Positions 39,901 to 52,428 of a stretch of 64,000 nt of DNA are shown piece by piece (position 1 is the first letter of the stretch; the number at the start of each line of letters is the position of its first letter). Below the pieces are notes generated by a model, which worked only from the letters and a program-made list of their open reading frames with translations, was not told where the DNA came from and ran no database searches. Made by a program: the position numbers and the translations under genes. The DNA comes from Octopus sinensis. Taxonomy: Eukaryota. The DNA lies in NCBI RefSeq assembly GCF_006345805.1, contig NC_042998.1, positions 150,536,001-150,600,000 of the forward strand, given 5' to 3'.

Positions 39901-40090
39901 CCATTGTGCTATTTGTCTGGCATTGGACTTGGAAGCAATAGCGGATTAATGACTGACAAACTACAGACAGAAGCTGATAACGCTTCATCATGAACGTGGT
40001 TTAGGTATGTGAGGGGAAAGAACAAAACTGAGAGGAGCAGCTGATTCTACCTAACAATGATTAGGGTTCAATGTATGTCGCAGTATAGAG

Positions 40091-40364
40091 CAGGAGCACC
40101 AAACTACAGCCCGCGAGGTCAGTTCATCCGGCCCGCAGCCGCTCTGTACCTTTTGTGTAACTACCTGCATTTGCCTCTGGTATGGTATCAGTGTTTGGAA
40201 CAACTTCGTCTGTGAGCAAAATAATGGAGTATGTGAAGTCAGCACATCGAACAAGGTTGACTGATGAACATTTGAAAGTAATTCTCTTGGTTGGATGCAA
40301 TAATTCCAAAGCAAATATTGATGCTATCTTAAAAGCTAAACACCAGTTTCACAAATCTCACTAA
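40091..40364 (+). mobile_element. Internally deleted hAT transposon remnant (SPIN/OC1-like)
   Basis: The 5' end caggagcaccaaactacagcccgcg..catccggcccgc is joined to the dimerisation-domain peptide SVFGTT..KIMEYVKSAHRTRLTDEHL. Confidence 0.7.
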
Positions 40365-41122
40365 CCTTTTTTTACTACTTAGTTTGTGAGATTCGGATAT
40401 GTGCGCACTGGGTTGGCAAGGCCAACATGAAGAAAAGCAAATGCGTTGCCACGGGAATTAATAGGACCTGAGATTTCCAAGTTGCCTGAGTTACCACTGC
40501 TTGATATTAATTTAACAAATCATACTGTAGGAAAATATTGAAATTGTTGTGGTCTCTAGTCGACTGGTGATGATGGGCATCCCCGAACTTCAAGCAGTAT
40601 CGAGAATATAAAATAGCAATATACATACTTAAAGCATACTTTTATGTATGATGTTATGTATGTATGTATGTATGTATGTATGTATGTATGTATGTATGTA
40701 TGTATGTATGTATGTATGCATGCATGCATGTATGTATGTATGTATGTATGTATGTATGTATATATGTATGTATGTATGCATGTATGCGTGTATGTGTGTG
40801 TATTTGTGCGTGTGCGTGCGTGTATGTATGTGTGTGTGTGCATGATGGTTGTGTTATCAAGTAGCTTTTTTTAAATATAGTTTTGTTTCGTGGTATATCA
40901 AAATATGCTGTAATGGCTCCTTGCAATAAATGCATCGTCAATCGACGAGAAAGTGTTGTAGATGTCTGTCCGATTTAACGTTTTGGCTAGAATTTCCATG
41001 TTTTATTGCTGGGATGATTGTGGTTTCGTGCTGGGGAGATTCTGATGTCTTTGTACTTTATTTTGCTACTAGTTCGTAAAATATGTAAGTTTTTTCTCAT
41101 CTATCAATCTAATCTACCTATC

Positions 41123-41153
<31 letters not shown>

Positions 41154-41402
41154 CTATCTGTCTGTCTGTCTGCCTGTCTTTCTCTCTGTTCCACTCTGTA
41201 AATCGCCTCAGTGTATTTCTATATTTCTCACTCTCTTTCTTCTGTACTAATTTCCCTATCTTTTCACTTTTCTCCTTTTCACTTTCTATCTTATTTTTTT
41301 TCTCTTACTATAATATTCATAAAATATTTTTGTTTAACTCAGACATTCACGATCCTTCTTCCCTTCTATATGTCTGCCTCTCTCTTTCTCTCACTTTCTC
41401 TT

Positions 41403-41433
<31 letters not shown>

Positions 41434-42189
41434 GTCTCATATTCCCTTACTCCAACAGTTCCTCCCACAGTCGTGCTTAGCCACCTTCATAACTACCTAC
41501 ACTACCGCTCCTTAATATCATCTCCCACCATTACTTTCAGAAACACCACCTTCACCATCAACACCTCCACCGTTACCATTAAATCCACCTTCCACAAAAC
41601 AAACGCCGCCACCAACCCTACAACACACCTTTACCGCCGCTACCGCTTTCATCGTCGTCGGCTCCACGGCCACCGCCGACACTACTTCCTTTTGCTTGAA
41701 TAAACAATACAAAGACTGTGACGTCGCTATAGTATACCCATTGATACGTGCCGCCGAGCCAGCCAGCCAACACGAAATACCACCACCACCACCACCACAA
41801 CCACCATAAATGACAAACCCCCTCATTGGCTCATAAAAAAGAAAAGCAGCGAGAACAAAGTCACTACGGCACATAAACACCGTACATAAACATACAAACA
41901 CCTACAGATAATCACATGTGTATACACACACACACACAAGTGCGTATACATATGCATACATTGTCGTTCACTGCTGTGCATAAGCAAAGAAATACATACA
42001 CAAACACTTATATAAACACTGCACACATACAAACACACATGCACACAAGTAACAGCACAAGAATACATACAAATATAGTATATATTTTGAAGTGTATGTT
42101 GAAATACCTATCTACTTCTGTATATACAGATACATGCATACATACGTATATATTATATAGTCACCACCACAACCTCCACATTTAAGAAC

Positions 42190-43430
42190 ATTAAGTTCTT
42201 CGAAGCACAGGTGAAGTCATATTTTATGGTAAAAGTTTGACCAAACTAAAATTTGTTGAGACTTGTAAGAGGAAAATGCAAGTTCTGCATTTAGGGCAGT
42301 TGCACTTTTTGACTTGTGGGGTTGTATTTTTGGTGGGTAATTTGGCGCTGGTGAGTAAGTTTTTTAGGGATTGCGATTGTCTCTTGCTTTTAATAATCCT
42401 ATGTTTCTAGTGCCTTTTTCATTCGTGGGTCCTTCATAAGGAGGGGTATGTTTTGGTGGATGATGTTGTATACTTCATGGTTTCTTGGATTGTGTGTTGA
42501 TACGTAAGATAGAGTTTTAAGTGTGTCATGGTGTTTTCTTGTTTTCCCTAACTCTTGGATGTCTATCATTTTTGCACGTTCCATTCTATTTTTGATTAGA
42601 CTGGCTGGGTATTTTCTATCTAGTAATGTATTTTTAAGTTCTTGAAGTCGCTTTTCTCGGGTTTCGGGATTTGATGCAATCGTGCAAATTCTTCTCGCTA
42701 AGATGAAAGGGTAGGAGAACAGAAGATATTGTTTTGAGTCCATTGGTTTGAAGAAGATGTCGGTTTCAATTTCAGTATCTCTCTTTATTATTAAGATGTC
42801 CAGGAAGGGTATTTGTTTGTAAACTAGATACTGTGGCTAATGCTGTTGATTAAGTTTTTAAATTTTGAGAGTTGTTCATGGTTATGTGGCCACAAGATGA
42901 AACAGTCATCCAGGTTGCGTTTCCAGTTGGTGAGTAAGTATTTTTGGAAATTGTCTCCAAATTTCAATCTAGCGTATTCGTATATTTGGACTTCCAAGTA
43001 TGCCATGACAAGGTTGGCAAAAGTAGGCGCTACCCTCGTTCCCATCGCTGTGCCCGATTTTTGTCTATAAGGGTTTTCGCTGAAATTGAAAAAGTTGTTC
43101 TGTAGGATGAATTTTATTCCTTCAACGATGAATTCTTTTCGGATTCTGTCAGGAATGTCATTTAGGAATTTCTCCAGCCAATATTGTATGGCTATTATTC
43201 CGTATTTGTGAGGAATCGAGGTGTAGAGGTTTCGTTACATGGAATGAAACCAGGAGGGAGTCTTTGCTTGTTTTGTGCGGGAGATGGTTTAAAAAGTCTA
43301 GATCGTCCCGTATAAAGCTCGGCATATGCTGGAGAATAGGTTTAAGGAGGACGTGAATAAAGTTACTGAGTCTCTGTGACTCACACGAGGGACCGACCAC
43401 AATTGGTCTCATTTTGAGATCTCTCAAAAA
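42190..43430 (-). mobile_element. Penelope-like element RT region, frameshifted
   Basis: LKMRPIV; SFIRDDLDFL; YRQKSGTAMGTRVAPTFANLVMAYLE; WKRNLDDCFILW; IPFLDILI..ETDIFFKPMDSKQYL; ILARRICTI. Confidence 0.9.
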
Positions 43431-43459
43431 TATGAGACACTGCCTAGTGCTTTTTTTTT

Positions 43460-43700
43460 TGATAAACCAGGTACTTATTCTATCAGTTTCTTCTTGTCAA
43501 ACCAGTAAGTTATGGGGATGTCAATAAACGAAAAGCAGTTGTGAAGCAGTGATGAGAGAGAAACACAGAGACAAAGACACACACATACACTTACATATAT
43601 ACATACATATATATACAATTGATTTCTTTCAGTTTCTGCGTACAAAATCCACTCACAAGGCTTTGGTTGGCCTGATGCTATAGCAGAAGACATATGAAAC
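43460..43700 (-). mobile_element. SINE family B, diverged copy
   Basis: ggtacttattctatcag..aagttatggggatgt..aaatccactcacaaggctttggttggcc. Confidence 0.7.
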
Positions 43701-44084
43701 TATTAAAGTGAAAATTCTGACATTACAATAGAGAGATGGTTATTGTTTCACTTTTGACACATAATACTGCCATAGTGGAGAAGATATGATATTAAAAACT
43801 TTTTTGGCTTATGACACTACATGGATCCTAAGTAAGGCATGTGTAAAATTTGAATGGAATTGGTTGTTCTCAAGTTTTAGGTATTCACACAGACAGACAG
43901 ACACACACACACACACACATTCTCATCTTTATATGTATAAATAATCATCACAGACGATTCATCACTATCTAAGTTTGGTTGTGATATGTTGGATCACTTG
44001 TTATTATATTAAGTAAAGCCACCCGTCAATTCCCACCACAGTGTCTCTTTTCGTTACTAATATCTCTTTTGTACCTTAATCTTA

Positions 44085-44478
44085 GTCTTACTTAATGCCT
44101 CGTGTACACTGGGCAGCAACACGTCTCCAATGATCCTAGTGTTGAGCATTAGTCGCTAGCTAATTCCCTGATGATGTTAAGTTACTTCAGATCTTTGAAG
44201 ATGACGCACAATGTGTTTTTGGGTCTCCCTCTCTTCCTTCATCCGTCTGGTAGTACTACTTGTATAGCTGTCTTGGATATTCATTGTTCAGGCAGTCAGA
44301 AAATATGACCTACAAATCTCGTTCTTCTTTCCACCACAATCTCCTGCTTGCTATGCAGATTGGCTCTTTGCAGGACTTCAGGGTTTGTAACTCTGTCCCT
44401 GTTGGTGGTCTTGAGTATTCTGCATAGACACCATCGATGGAATGCATTCAACCTTTGAGTGATCTTGGCAGTCATAGA
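44085..44478 (-). mobile_element. RTE-clade LINE 3' fragment
   Basis: RLNAFHRWCLCRILKTTNRDRVTNPEVLQRA..RTRFVGHIF, then RKRGRPKNT. Confidence 0.75.
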
Positions 44479-44504
44479 TACATACATATATACATCTTTT
44501 ATTT

Positions 44505-44945
44505 TTTAACTTGTTTCAGTCATTAGACTGCGGTGATGCTGGGTACTGCTTTGAATTTTTAATCGAACGAATTGTTTGTTCCCAAAATATCTCAGAAATA
44601 ATATAGTTTATCTTCATTATTTTTTTCATATTTATTTTCATACTTACCTTCGGCAGTGCAGTTTTTGTTAAGCCTGGTACTCATTCTATCAGTCTCTTTT
44701 GCTGAGCCGCTAACGTAAGGAACGTAAATATGCCAACACCGGTTGTCAAGCAGTAGTGGGAGACAAACACATGCACAATAACACACACACATACATATAT
44801 GTATATACGACGGGGCTTTTTGGGGTCTATTAAATCCACTCACAGGGCTTTGATTGGCCCGAGAAGACTCTGCCCAAGGTGCCACGCAGTAGGACTGAAT
44901 GCAGTTGGAGAACAAGCTTCTTAACACACTACCACACCGGCACCT
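44505..44945 (-). mobile_element. SINE family B, near full-length copy
   Basis: Tail, spacer, core and head are all present in reverse complement. Confidence 0.8.
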
Positions 44946-44995
44946 ATATATTTATATATTTATGTATGTATGTGTATGTATATATATATATATAT

Positions 44996-46150
44996 ACTAG
45001 CAGCATAGCCCGGCGTTGCCTGGGTATGTAAGATACCCTAGTAGGCAACGACTAATCCCAATCTAGTCCTTTCCCGCTAGGGAACGAAGGCGCATGTGTA
45101 GGTTGCAATGTCTTCTCTTCACTCCCAAATAATTATCAAACAGCTATCGATAATTCAACCCAACCAATTCCTACCAGGAAGAAATTACATTCGAGACTTT
45201 ACCCCCAACACCGCCACTTCTGCTAATAGCTGCTGCAGCCGCAAGTTATTCGAATACTTTTTTTGTTTAAACTTTCTTATAACTACCACCCCAAACGTTT
45301 TACCTTAAATTTTTGACGTACCCTAAGGGTCCTCGGACGCTACTTGCAAACTCTTGGTTCCTATAAACCGCTTTTGTCGTGTGCACCCAAAATCTTTTCC
45401 ATTCGTTTGTTCAGTTTGGTCACTTTTGACTTTTTCGTTGTTGTCACTCACATTGCTGCCCGCTTTTTTGCCGTTTTTGTACATTTTTATACATTTTGGC
45501 ATACTTACCCCACGTGTTCCGAGAGTTAAAAAGGTCGAGTTGCGTCCCCTAGAACAGTCTGGGTTTGTGTTTAATACACAAATCGGTTGCTGTGTGTACC
45601 ACATATGATTTAATTAACCGATTTTTTCCAGTAATAAAGTATCCTATTGGAATAAAAAGGGCCATATAGCTCCTTGGAGCAGACATGATGCTCGCTGTGA
45701 ATTTTTTAAAAAATTCTGCCAATCTGTGAAAGATATTGTCGAAAATATGTCATCTTGAATTTGAACGCGATTTCCCAAAATGGCATGATTTTATCGATTT
45801 TTTCTGATGGTAAGGTATTCCATGGAAAACTAACGGCAGAATTAAGTTTCTTAGGGTAACATTAAGCTTCACCATGTTTTTGGTGAAAATCGATTGCAAG
45901 TTGCGAAAACTACAACAGAAAATGTGTTGCATATAAAAAGCTTAGATTCTCGACCCCATGTCAAATTTATCGATTTTTTTCAGAACTGGGGGAACTTTTC
46001 AAAATTTTCGCTGCGTTAGTTTTAAATTATGACATTTGGGCTATGTGTGTGTCAAGTTTCATTAGAATCGGTTGAAAGCCGTGGTCAGGGTGAGGGTACA
46101 ACCTGACAGACACACAGACAGACAAACTGCCGTTTATATAGAGAGAGATA
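44996..46150 (+). mobile_element. Non-autonomous Helitron-superfamily-like element (Lep1/HINE-type ends)
   Basis: Starts actagcagcatagcccggcgttgcctggg directly after (TA)n and ends gacagacacacagacagac..tttatatagagagagat. A similar 3' end lies at about 43830-43940. Classification rests on terminal resemblance only. Confidence 0.5.
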
Positions 46151-46741
46151 TATATTTACCAATATAGCTCTTATTGGCATCAGTTCATAATTTTTCAATA
46201 TCATCCCCAATTTCTTTTAACAGAATCCATTTTCGCAGAAGCTTCTGACTAAAAGCGTGAAATATAATGCGATAATATCTTGCGTTTTTTAATCCATTCC
46301 GGGGAAGCTCATAGCAACAAGCTCCTGTATAAATTTTTGACTTAGTACACAATCAGCTGAGAAAAAAAATAAGCCCGGATCAGTGAACGCTGTTCATCTT
46401 TGGGTCAACCAGAAAGCGAAGAAGATATGTTTGACGCCATAACATATATACATAACCACACGCATATATAAACATAAATAATGTTCTGAGAAACATAAAA
46501 CACATAACAAATGGAATATAAATTGTATATACTAAATAAATATAGGAAAAACACGGAAAAAAATAAGACACACGTACATTGACGTGCAACAAACATTGGG
46601 GAACATATATAAGTGTAACTAGAAATATGATTGTATGTTTGCGATAACACGTAGACGGGTACACATTGATATGCATGCACGTGTGTATTTGTTTATAAAT
46701 ACATACATGCATACAAATGAGTGTGCCTGTATGGATTTGGC

Positions 46742-46794
<53 letters not shown>

Positions 46795-47498
46795 CTTAAT
46801 AATTCTAAAACTCTAGGGATGTTTGTTTGTTCTCAAAATATCTCAGAAATAATATATTTTATCTTCATTATTTTTTTCATATTTATTTTCATACTTACCT
46901 TCGGCAGTGCAGTACAAATTTTGTGACATTTGGACCTCTATTAATGAAAACGAGTAAACATAATTTTTCTTTATTCTTTCTTAACGAGAAAAAACATGGC
47001 TTCCGTGACGTCAACTCACATACACACATACAGAATACATACACATATAATGAATGTTATGGGTTGTCAATCAACACAAACACACGTCTGCTATCTGTGA
47101 TATGTACACAAACATTATCTTAGCGCTCTCTATGAGAAAAAAAAAACGTCGACTTTTTGACGTACACAATATGATAATCACTTACAAATACTTTTAACTG
47201 AATGTGATTTCAAAAATGAAAGTTGTTTGTACAGTAAGTATTTATATTTAGCTTTCTTTAAACAGACAATATAATAATGAAATTTTTAAAATCATTTTCA
47301 AGTCCTTAATTTCCGTAATTTTTTTTTCTTTGCTTTTGTTTTAAAGTGAAAGATGTGTGTACGTATATATGAAATGGACGTGTGTGTGTGAAAATGATTT
47401 CCATGTTACATTTGTTGAAAACATGCAAAATAGCCTGAATAGAAAAAAAAACATGAAACAAAACTCTGTTCCTGGGAAATTCAGACTTTCCAGTCTAA

Positions 47499-47589
<91 letters not shown>

Positions 47590-47615
47590 TATATATGTAT
47601 ATATATATACATATA

Positions 47616-47747
47616 CCGGAGTAAACACATAAATGTGAAACAAGGTGGAAAAAAGAGTACTCAATTACCTGAGGTACAGTAATACGCTTTATTTAAAATC
47701 AGCAGAAATATATCTTTTGTTATATTTCTGCTGCTTTTAAATAAAGT
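47616..47747. mobile_element. Fold-back element of the 54481 family lacking the ribozyme segment
   Basis: The long arm matches 54481-54575; the apex is reduced to ctttatttaaaatcagcagaaatata-tcttttgt-tatatttctgctgcttttaaataaag. Confidence 0.7.
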
Positions 47748-47764
47748 ATATATATATATATAAT

Positions 47765-48630
47765 AGAAAAAGGGACAAGAACGCAAAACTTCCAGACAGG
47801 TGTTACAAAAAAAGGACAAGAACACATCCAGAAAGACGATGCAAAAAAAAAAACAAGGACGGGTCATTCGGATTTTCCTTCCTCAGTCTAGCTCCAGATT
47901 ATCTTTGCAATTTCGGCTGGTTATACTCGAGATTGCTCCAATCTAGACAGCCCCAAGGAAACACTAAGCCAAGAGCATTAGATTCCTTGGAAGAAAGCAG
48001 CGAATGTATACGAAAACAAGGACGGGAAAAAAACGGAGAATGTTACACAAATACAAATAGGTGTCTTGCGACTAAGGACGAATTAAATTAAGCTACTGTG
48101 TGTGAAAATAAAGCCTTACGGCAGAGAAACAAGTTTTCACAGGCACAGGGAGGAATATAGATGTGGCACGGACGGCCGAACCAAGAAAGAAAGATCAGGC
48201 TTGGCCGAACACCGGTTACGCGAGGAGAGAAGAGAGAGAGAGACAGAGGCAGAGGGGCAGAATAATTAAGGAGGGGCGAGAAAAATGACAGGGACACAGT
48301 GAAGTAAAAAGAGGAGGGAAATGAGCAAGAAGACAAGGCGGGGAAATGTGAGAGAGGGGGAACGAAAGAACAAAGAGTGGAATGAACGAATAAGCTTGAA
48401 AGGGCTGATAGAAAGAGAGAATAGAGTCGTACAAGATTTAGATAAATATATACTTACATATAAGAGACCGTTATATATATAAATACATACAGTATAGGAC
48501 AAGAACGCAAAACATCCAGACAGTTAGGTGATACAAAAAAGGGACAACAAAACATCCAGATAGACGATACAAACAAAACAAGGACGGGTCATTCGAATTT
48601 TCTTTCTCAGTCAAGTTCCAAATTAGCCAG

Positions 48631-48635
<5 letters not shown>
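47765..48635 (-). mobile_element. PLE-like terminal repeat family, tandem partial direct copies (third copy about 55715-56010)
   Basis: ggacaagaacgcaaaac..atccaga..gacgat..aacaaggacgggtcattcg recurs at about 47770-47870 and 48497-48595. PLE assignment is inference. Confidence 0.55.
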
Positions 48636-48665
<30 letters not shown>

Positions 48666-48754
48666 TAGATAGATAGTAGATAGATGATAGATAGATGATA
48701 GATAGATGGATAGTAGCGAGATAGATAGCTAGATAGATAGATAGATAGATAGAT

Positions 48755-49869
48755 TGTTTCTTTATTAGCCACACAGGGCTGCACACAGACGGGACAAATT
48801 ACAAGGTAGAGCTTTTCTTTTGGGGGATTAAAAAAAGGGGGTTTGGTTTTTGATCAAAAGGGATCGTAAAAGTAAAGAAAGAGGTAAGCAAAAAAAGGGG
48901 GAGGAGGAATAAAAGCAAAAAGAAAGAATCGATCAATAGGGATCGTTATCACAGAAATGTCAATATAAAGTGTAAAGGGGAGGACAGGTGAGGTTTATCG
49001 TGGAAAGAAAAGCCGCCTACGGAAAAGACCACGGTAACCTCGGTCAATGAAGTCACATGTTATATTTTTTTTACAAATAAGCAACTCTGTATTACTTTTT
49101 ACGGTTCATAGGATCATGGTCAAGGTGGCTTCGTCATTCATACGTGCCATCCTTGCTACATTCACCATCTTTTTTTAAAACATTCCAGACAAACCTGCCT
49201 CTCTACTCTCACTTTCCTCTTCAATTGATACTTGAAGAAGTTGATGAGAGATTGATCAGAGAGGAAAGTGTTTGTCTCTAATCCTTTCAGGCGCGTCCAC
49301 CAGATACATTCTTTCGCCATAGCCACAAGTATGATAAAAATAGCTCTTCCTTCTCGTTTGAAGGAAGGAGGCGTGACGATATTAACGATAGACTCGGCTG
49401 ATAAACCGACTCGTCCCACACGTGACAGCAGTCGTTCGACATAAGCCCACAGGTCGGAGATTGTTGGACACTGCACGATTGCGTGCAGAACGGTTTCGTC
49501 ATTCTCTGCCCGCATCTCGGGCAGGTCGACCGCATGTTTCTCGAGCTGTGCCTATAGAGCTTATCCTGAACGGGTAGCGCTTCTCGGTAGCACTGCCAGG
49601 CCAGGAATCTCTGGAAGTTGGCCATAGGTCCCGGCCCGAAAGTCGGCTCACACAGGCGGGTCAGGTATTCCTCGTCGACGCCCAGGTTCGCCCCAAGTTC
49701 GTCGTCGTACCTCCCCTCCACTAATCCCCTATAGAATGCTTTGGTTGTGTTGAAGTCACTCAAGGTCGACCCGGGACGGCATAGTTGCTTGAGAGCAACG
49801 CGACACTCGAGGTGCCATTCGCCCTTCCTCGGCCTTTTTTTGATCCACGACTGCAGTTCTGTCATGGAG
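48755..49869 (-). mobile_element. Second L1/Tx1-clade copy with complete 3' UTR, ending on (TAGA)n
   Basis: Highly similar to 26118-26870 but frameshifted. The 3' UTR ends ggctaataaagaaacaa followed by (TCTA)n on the minus strand. Confidence 0.85.
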
Positions 49870-50475
49870 CCCTAGGAAGCATCGACGCCTCCTGATGGCT
49901 TTGACACATTTTTCCCTATGTCCTTATATACATTTACGAAGGGGAGACAAATACCCTCAGCCGCCCGGGCTGCATCTAGGGACACGTGTTTCAGGATGAT
50001 TGTCATTCGTCGGCCTAGAGTAGCAGACACCGGTCAGCTGACGATATCTGTCTCAACTCGTAATGTATATATCTAAATTTCAGTGAAATCTATTCACTGA
50101 TTATCAAAATCAGAAATACTAAATTTCTAAATAGACTTCACTGAAATTTAGATATATACATTACGAGTCGAGACAGATATCGTCAGCTGACCGGTGTCTG
50201 CTACTCTAGGCCGATGAAGGACAATCATCCTGAAACACGTGTCCCTAGATGCAGCCCGAGCGGCTGGGGGTATTTGTCTCCCCTTCGTAAATGTATATAA
50301 GGACACAGGAAAAATGTGTCAAAGCCATCAGGAGGCGTCGATGCTTCCTAGGGCTAAACAGCGGTGGTGTACTCCCTACTGTCACGTTCGTGTTAGATTG
50401 ACAGTATACAACCATTCTATCGCCCCACCACCGTACATGTCTCTACGAGAGATTTAGAAATTTAGTATTTCTGAT
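49868..50475. mobile_element. Fold-back PLE-type element with a hammerhead motif in each arm and an extra 24-bp inverted segment
   Basis: Arms about 49868-50090 and 50132-50355. HHR motifs at 49976-50018 (-) and 50206-50248 (+). 50109-50132 is the reverse complement of 50452-50475. Confidence 0.8.
50206..50248 (+). ncRNA. Minimal type I hammerhead motif with CCGAUGA core
   Basis: CTAGG-CCGATGA-AGGA-CAATCA-TCCT-GAAA-CACGTG-TC-CCTAG: 5-bp stem I, 4-bp stem II, palindromic stem III, GUC triplet. Confidence 0.7.
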
Positions 50476-50490
50476 ATATATATATATATA

Positions 50491-50583
<93 letters not shown>

Positions 50584-50600
50584 TTATAAAATATAATATA

Positions 50601-50908
50601 TTCGAGACAAAACCACTATTTTAAAATCAAACAAGGAAAGACTTAATCAATACATAAAATTAATATAAATTAAATAAACCGCCACTACAATTGTTTCCTG
50701 TCTGCTACTGACATTCTTCAGGTGGATTTTCGATCTTCTAATCAGTATCAATAATTTGATACTGATTAGAAGATCGAAAATCCACCTGAAGAATGTCAGT
50801 AGCAGACAGGAAACAATTGTAGTGGCGGTTTATTTAATTTATATTAAAATTTTATGTATTGATTAAGTCTTTCCTTGTTTGATTTTAAAATAGTGGTTTT
50901 GTCTCGAA
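50601..50908. mobile_element. Near-perfect ~150-bp-arm palindrome with a canonical-core hammerhead motif in each arm
   Basis: 4-nt loop at 50752-50755. CCAC-CTGAAGA-A-TGTC-AGTAGCA-GACA-G-GAAA-CAATTG-TA-GTGG at 50782-50825 (+) and 50682-50725 (-). Confidence 0.75.
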
Positions 50909-51010
50909 TTATATTATATAATATTTTACTATAAAATTGGATTTAACCCTAAATCTGATTTTTCCCTGTAATTTTGGATTCATTCCCTAATATTTATTAT
51001 TATATAATAT

Positions 51011-51059
<49 letters not shown>

Positions 51060-51136
51060 AATATAAGACACACACAAATGTGTGAATTTATAACATCCAA
51101 ATATATATGTATATATATATATAATATATATATATA

Positions 51137-52382
51137 GAACAAACTTACTTAGAAATGGATGCGTGCGTTCCGTCATATAATAAATTAATAAATAAAACAT
51201 ATGCATATATACATACATATATGTACGTACCTACCTCTACATGTATATATACATGCATATATGGGTACAGGACACCAAAAAAACGTCGAAAACAATGAGA
51301 AACGAAAACATAAACACAAAACCAAGGAAATGGACATTTTTCTTAAACAACGAAAAAATAGAATACAGGACATACAACACAAGGAAAATTCCCCTTCTTC
51401 AGTCGCCTCTGTTTCATCTACTCCGCTTCCTTGGTTTTGTGCTTATGTTTTCGTTTCTCATTGTGTTCGACGTTTTTTTTTTGTGTCCTGTACCCATATA
51501 TGCATGTATACATATATATAGAGGTAGGTAGTACATATATGTATGTATATATGCATATGTTTTATTTATTAATTTATTATATGACGGAACGCACGCATCC
51601 ATTTCTAAGTAAGTTTGTTCTTAATATTAATAATGATGCGCACTCTTAACCTTTCTGTCCCCCTCCCTTTCTCAGCCTTCATTCTTTCGTGTTTCCTTTT
51701 CTTCTACCTTACTGCCTCTCCCTCTCTCTCATTCTTCATTCTTTCTGGTTTTCTCTACAGCCATTCCCTTTTTTCTCTCCCTTTTTTTGCTCCTCCTCCT
51801 CCCTCCCGTTGTTGACCCGCGATGAGAGCTCTGCTACTGTCTTTCCGACCTGGCTTCCTTTAAGTGTGAATGGCTTTCTTGTCTCTCTCTTGCTGTCCTC
51901 AAAAGCGTTCATAATATTTTTTCTTTCATTCTGGCTTAACAGCTCTCAATGTTTGTGTTACTGTTATTCTCCTTGTCCTGTCCTTTACTGTCTATATTTT
52001 GTACTGTCTTTACTGTCCTGTTTTTGTTACCATTTTTACCCCTCCGCAAAAAAATCTCAAATTTTATTTAATTTGCTTTTTGCGGGAAGGAATGTTTCAC
52101 CGAAGTCGTGTCTCGCCTTGACCTTCGAAACGTGGGGTAGGTGAAACAGAGGCGACTGAAGAAGGGGAATTTTCCTTGTGTTGTATGTCCTGTACTCTAT
52201 TTTTTCGTTGTTTAAGAAAAATGTCCATTTCCTTGGTTTTGTGTTTATGTTTTCGTTTCTCATTGTGTTCGACGTTTTTTGGTGTCCTGTACCCATATAC
52301 GCATGTATATATACATGTAGAGGTAGGTACGTACATGTATGTATGTATATATACATATGTTTTATTTATTAATTTATTATAT
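51137..52382. mobile_element. PLE-like terminal repeat present as three pieces in alternating orientation
   Basis: Arms 51137-51329 and 51427-51620 are inverted, and 52136-52382 is an inverted copy of about 51175-51422. Another family member lies at about 61690-61890. Confidence 0.7.
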
Positions 52383-52428
52383 ATATATGTGTGTGTATGC
52401 AATCAAAACACACACACACACCTGTAGT

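Noticed and set aside
47850-47930. Hammerhead around CTGAGGA on the minus strand (also about 48600 and 55810)
   Set aside because: No GAAA in register after stem II and no consistent stem I pairing in any copy.
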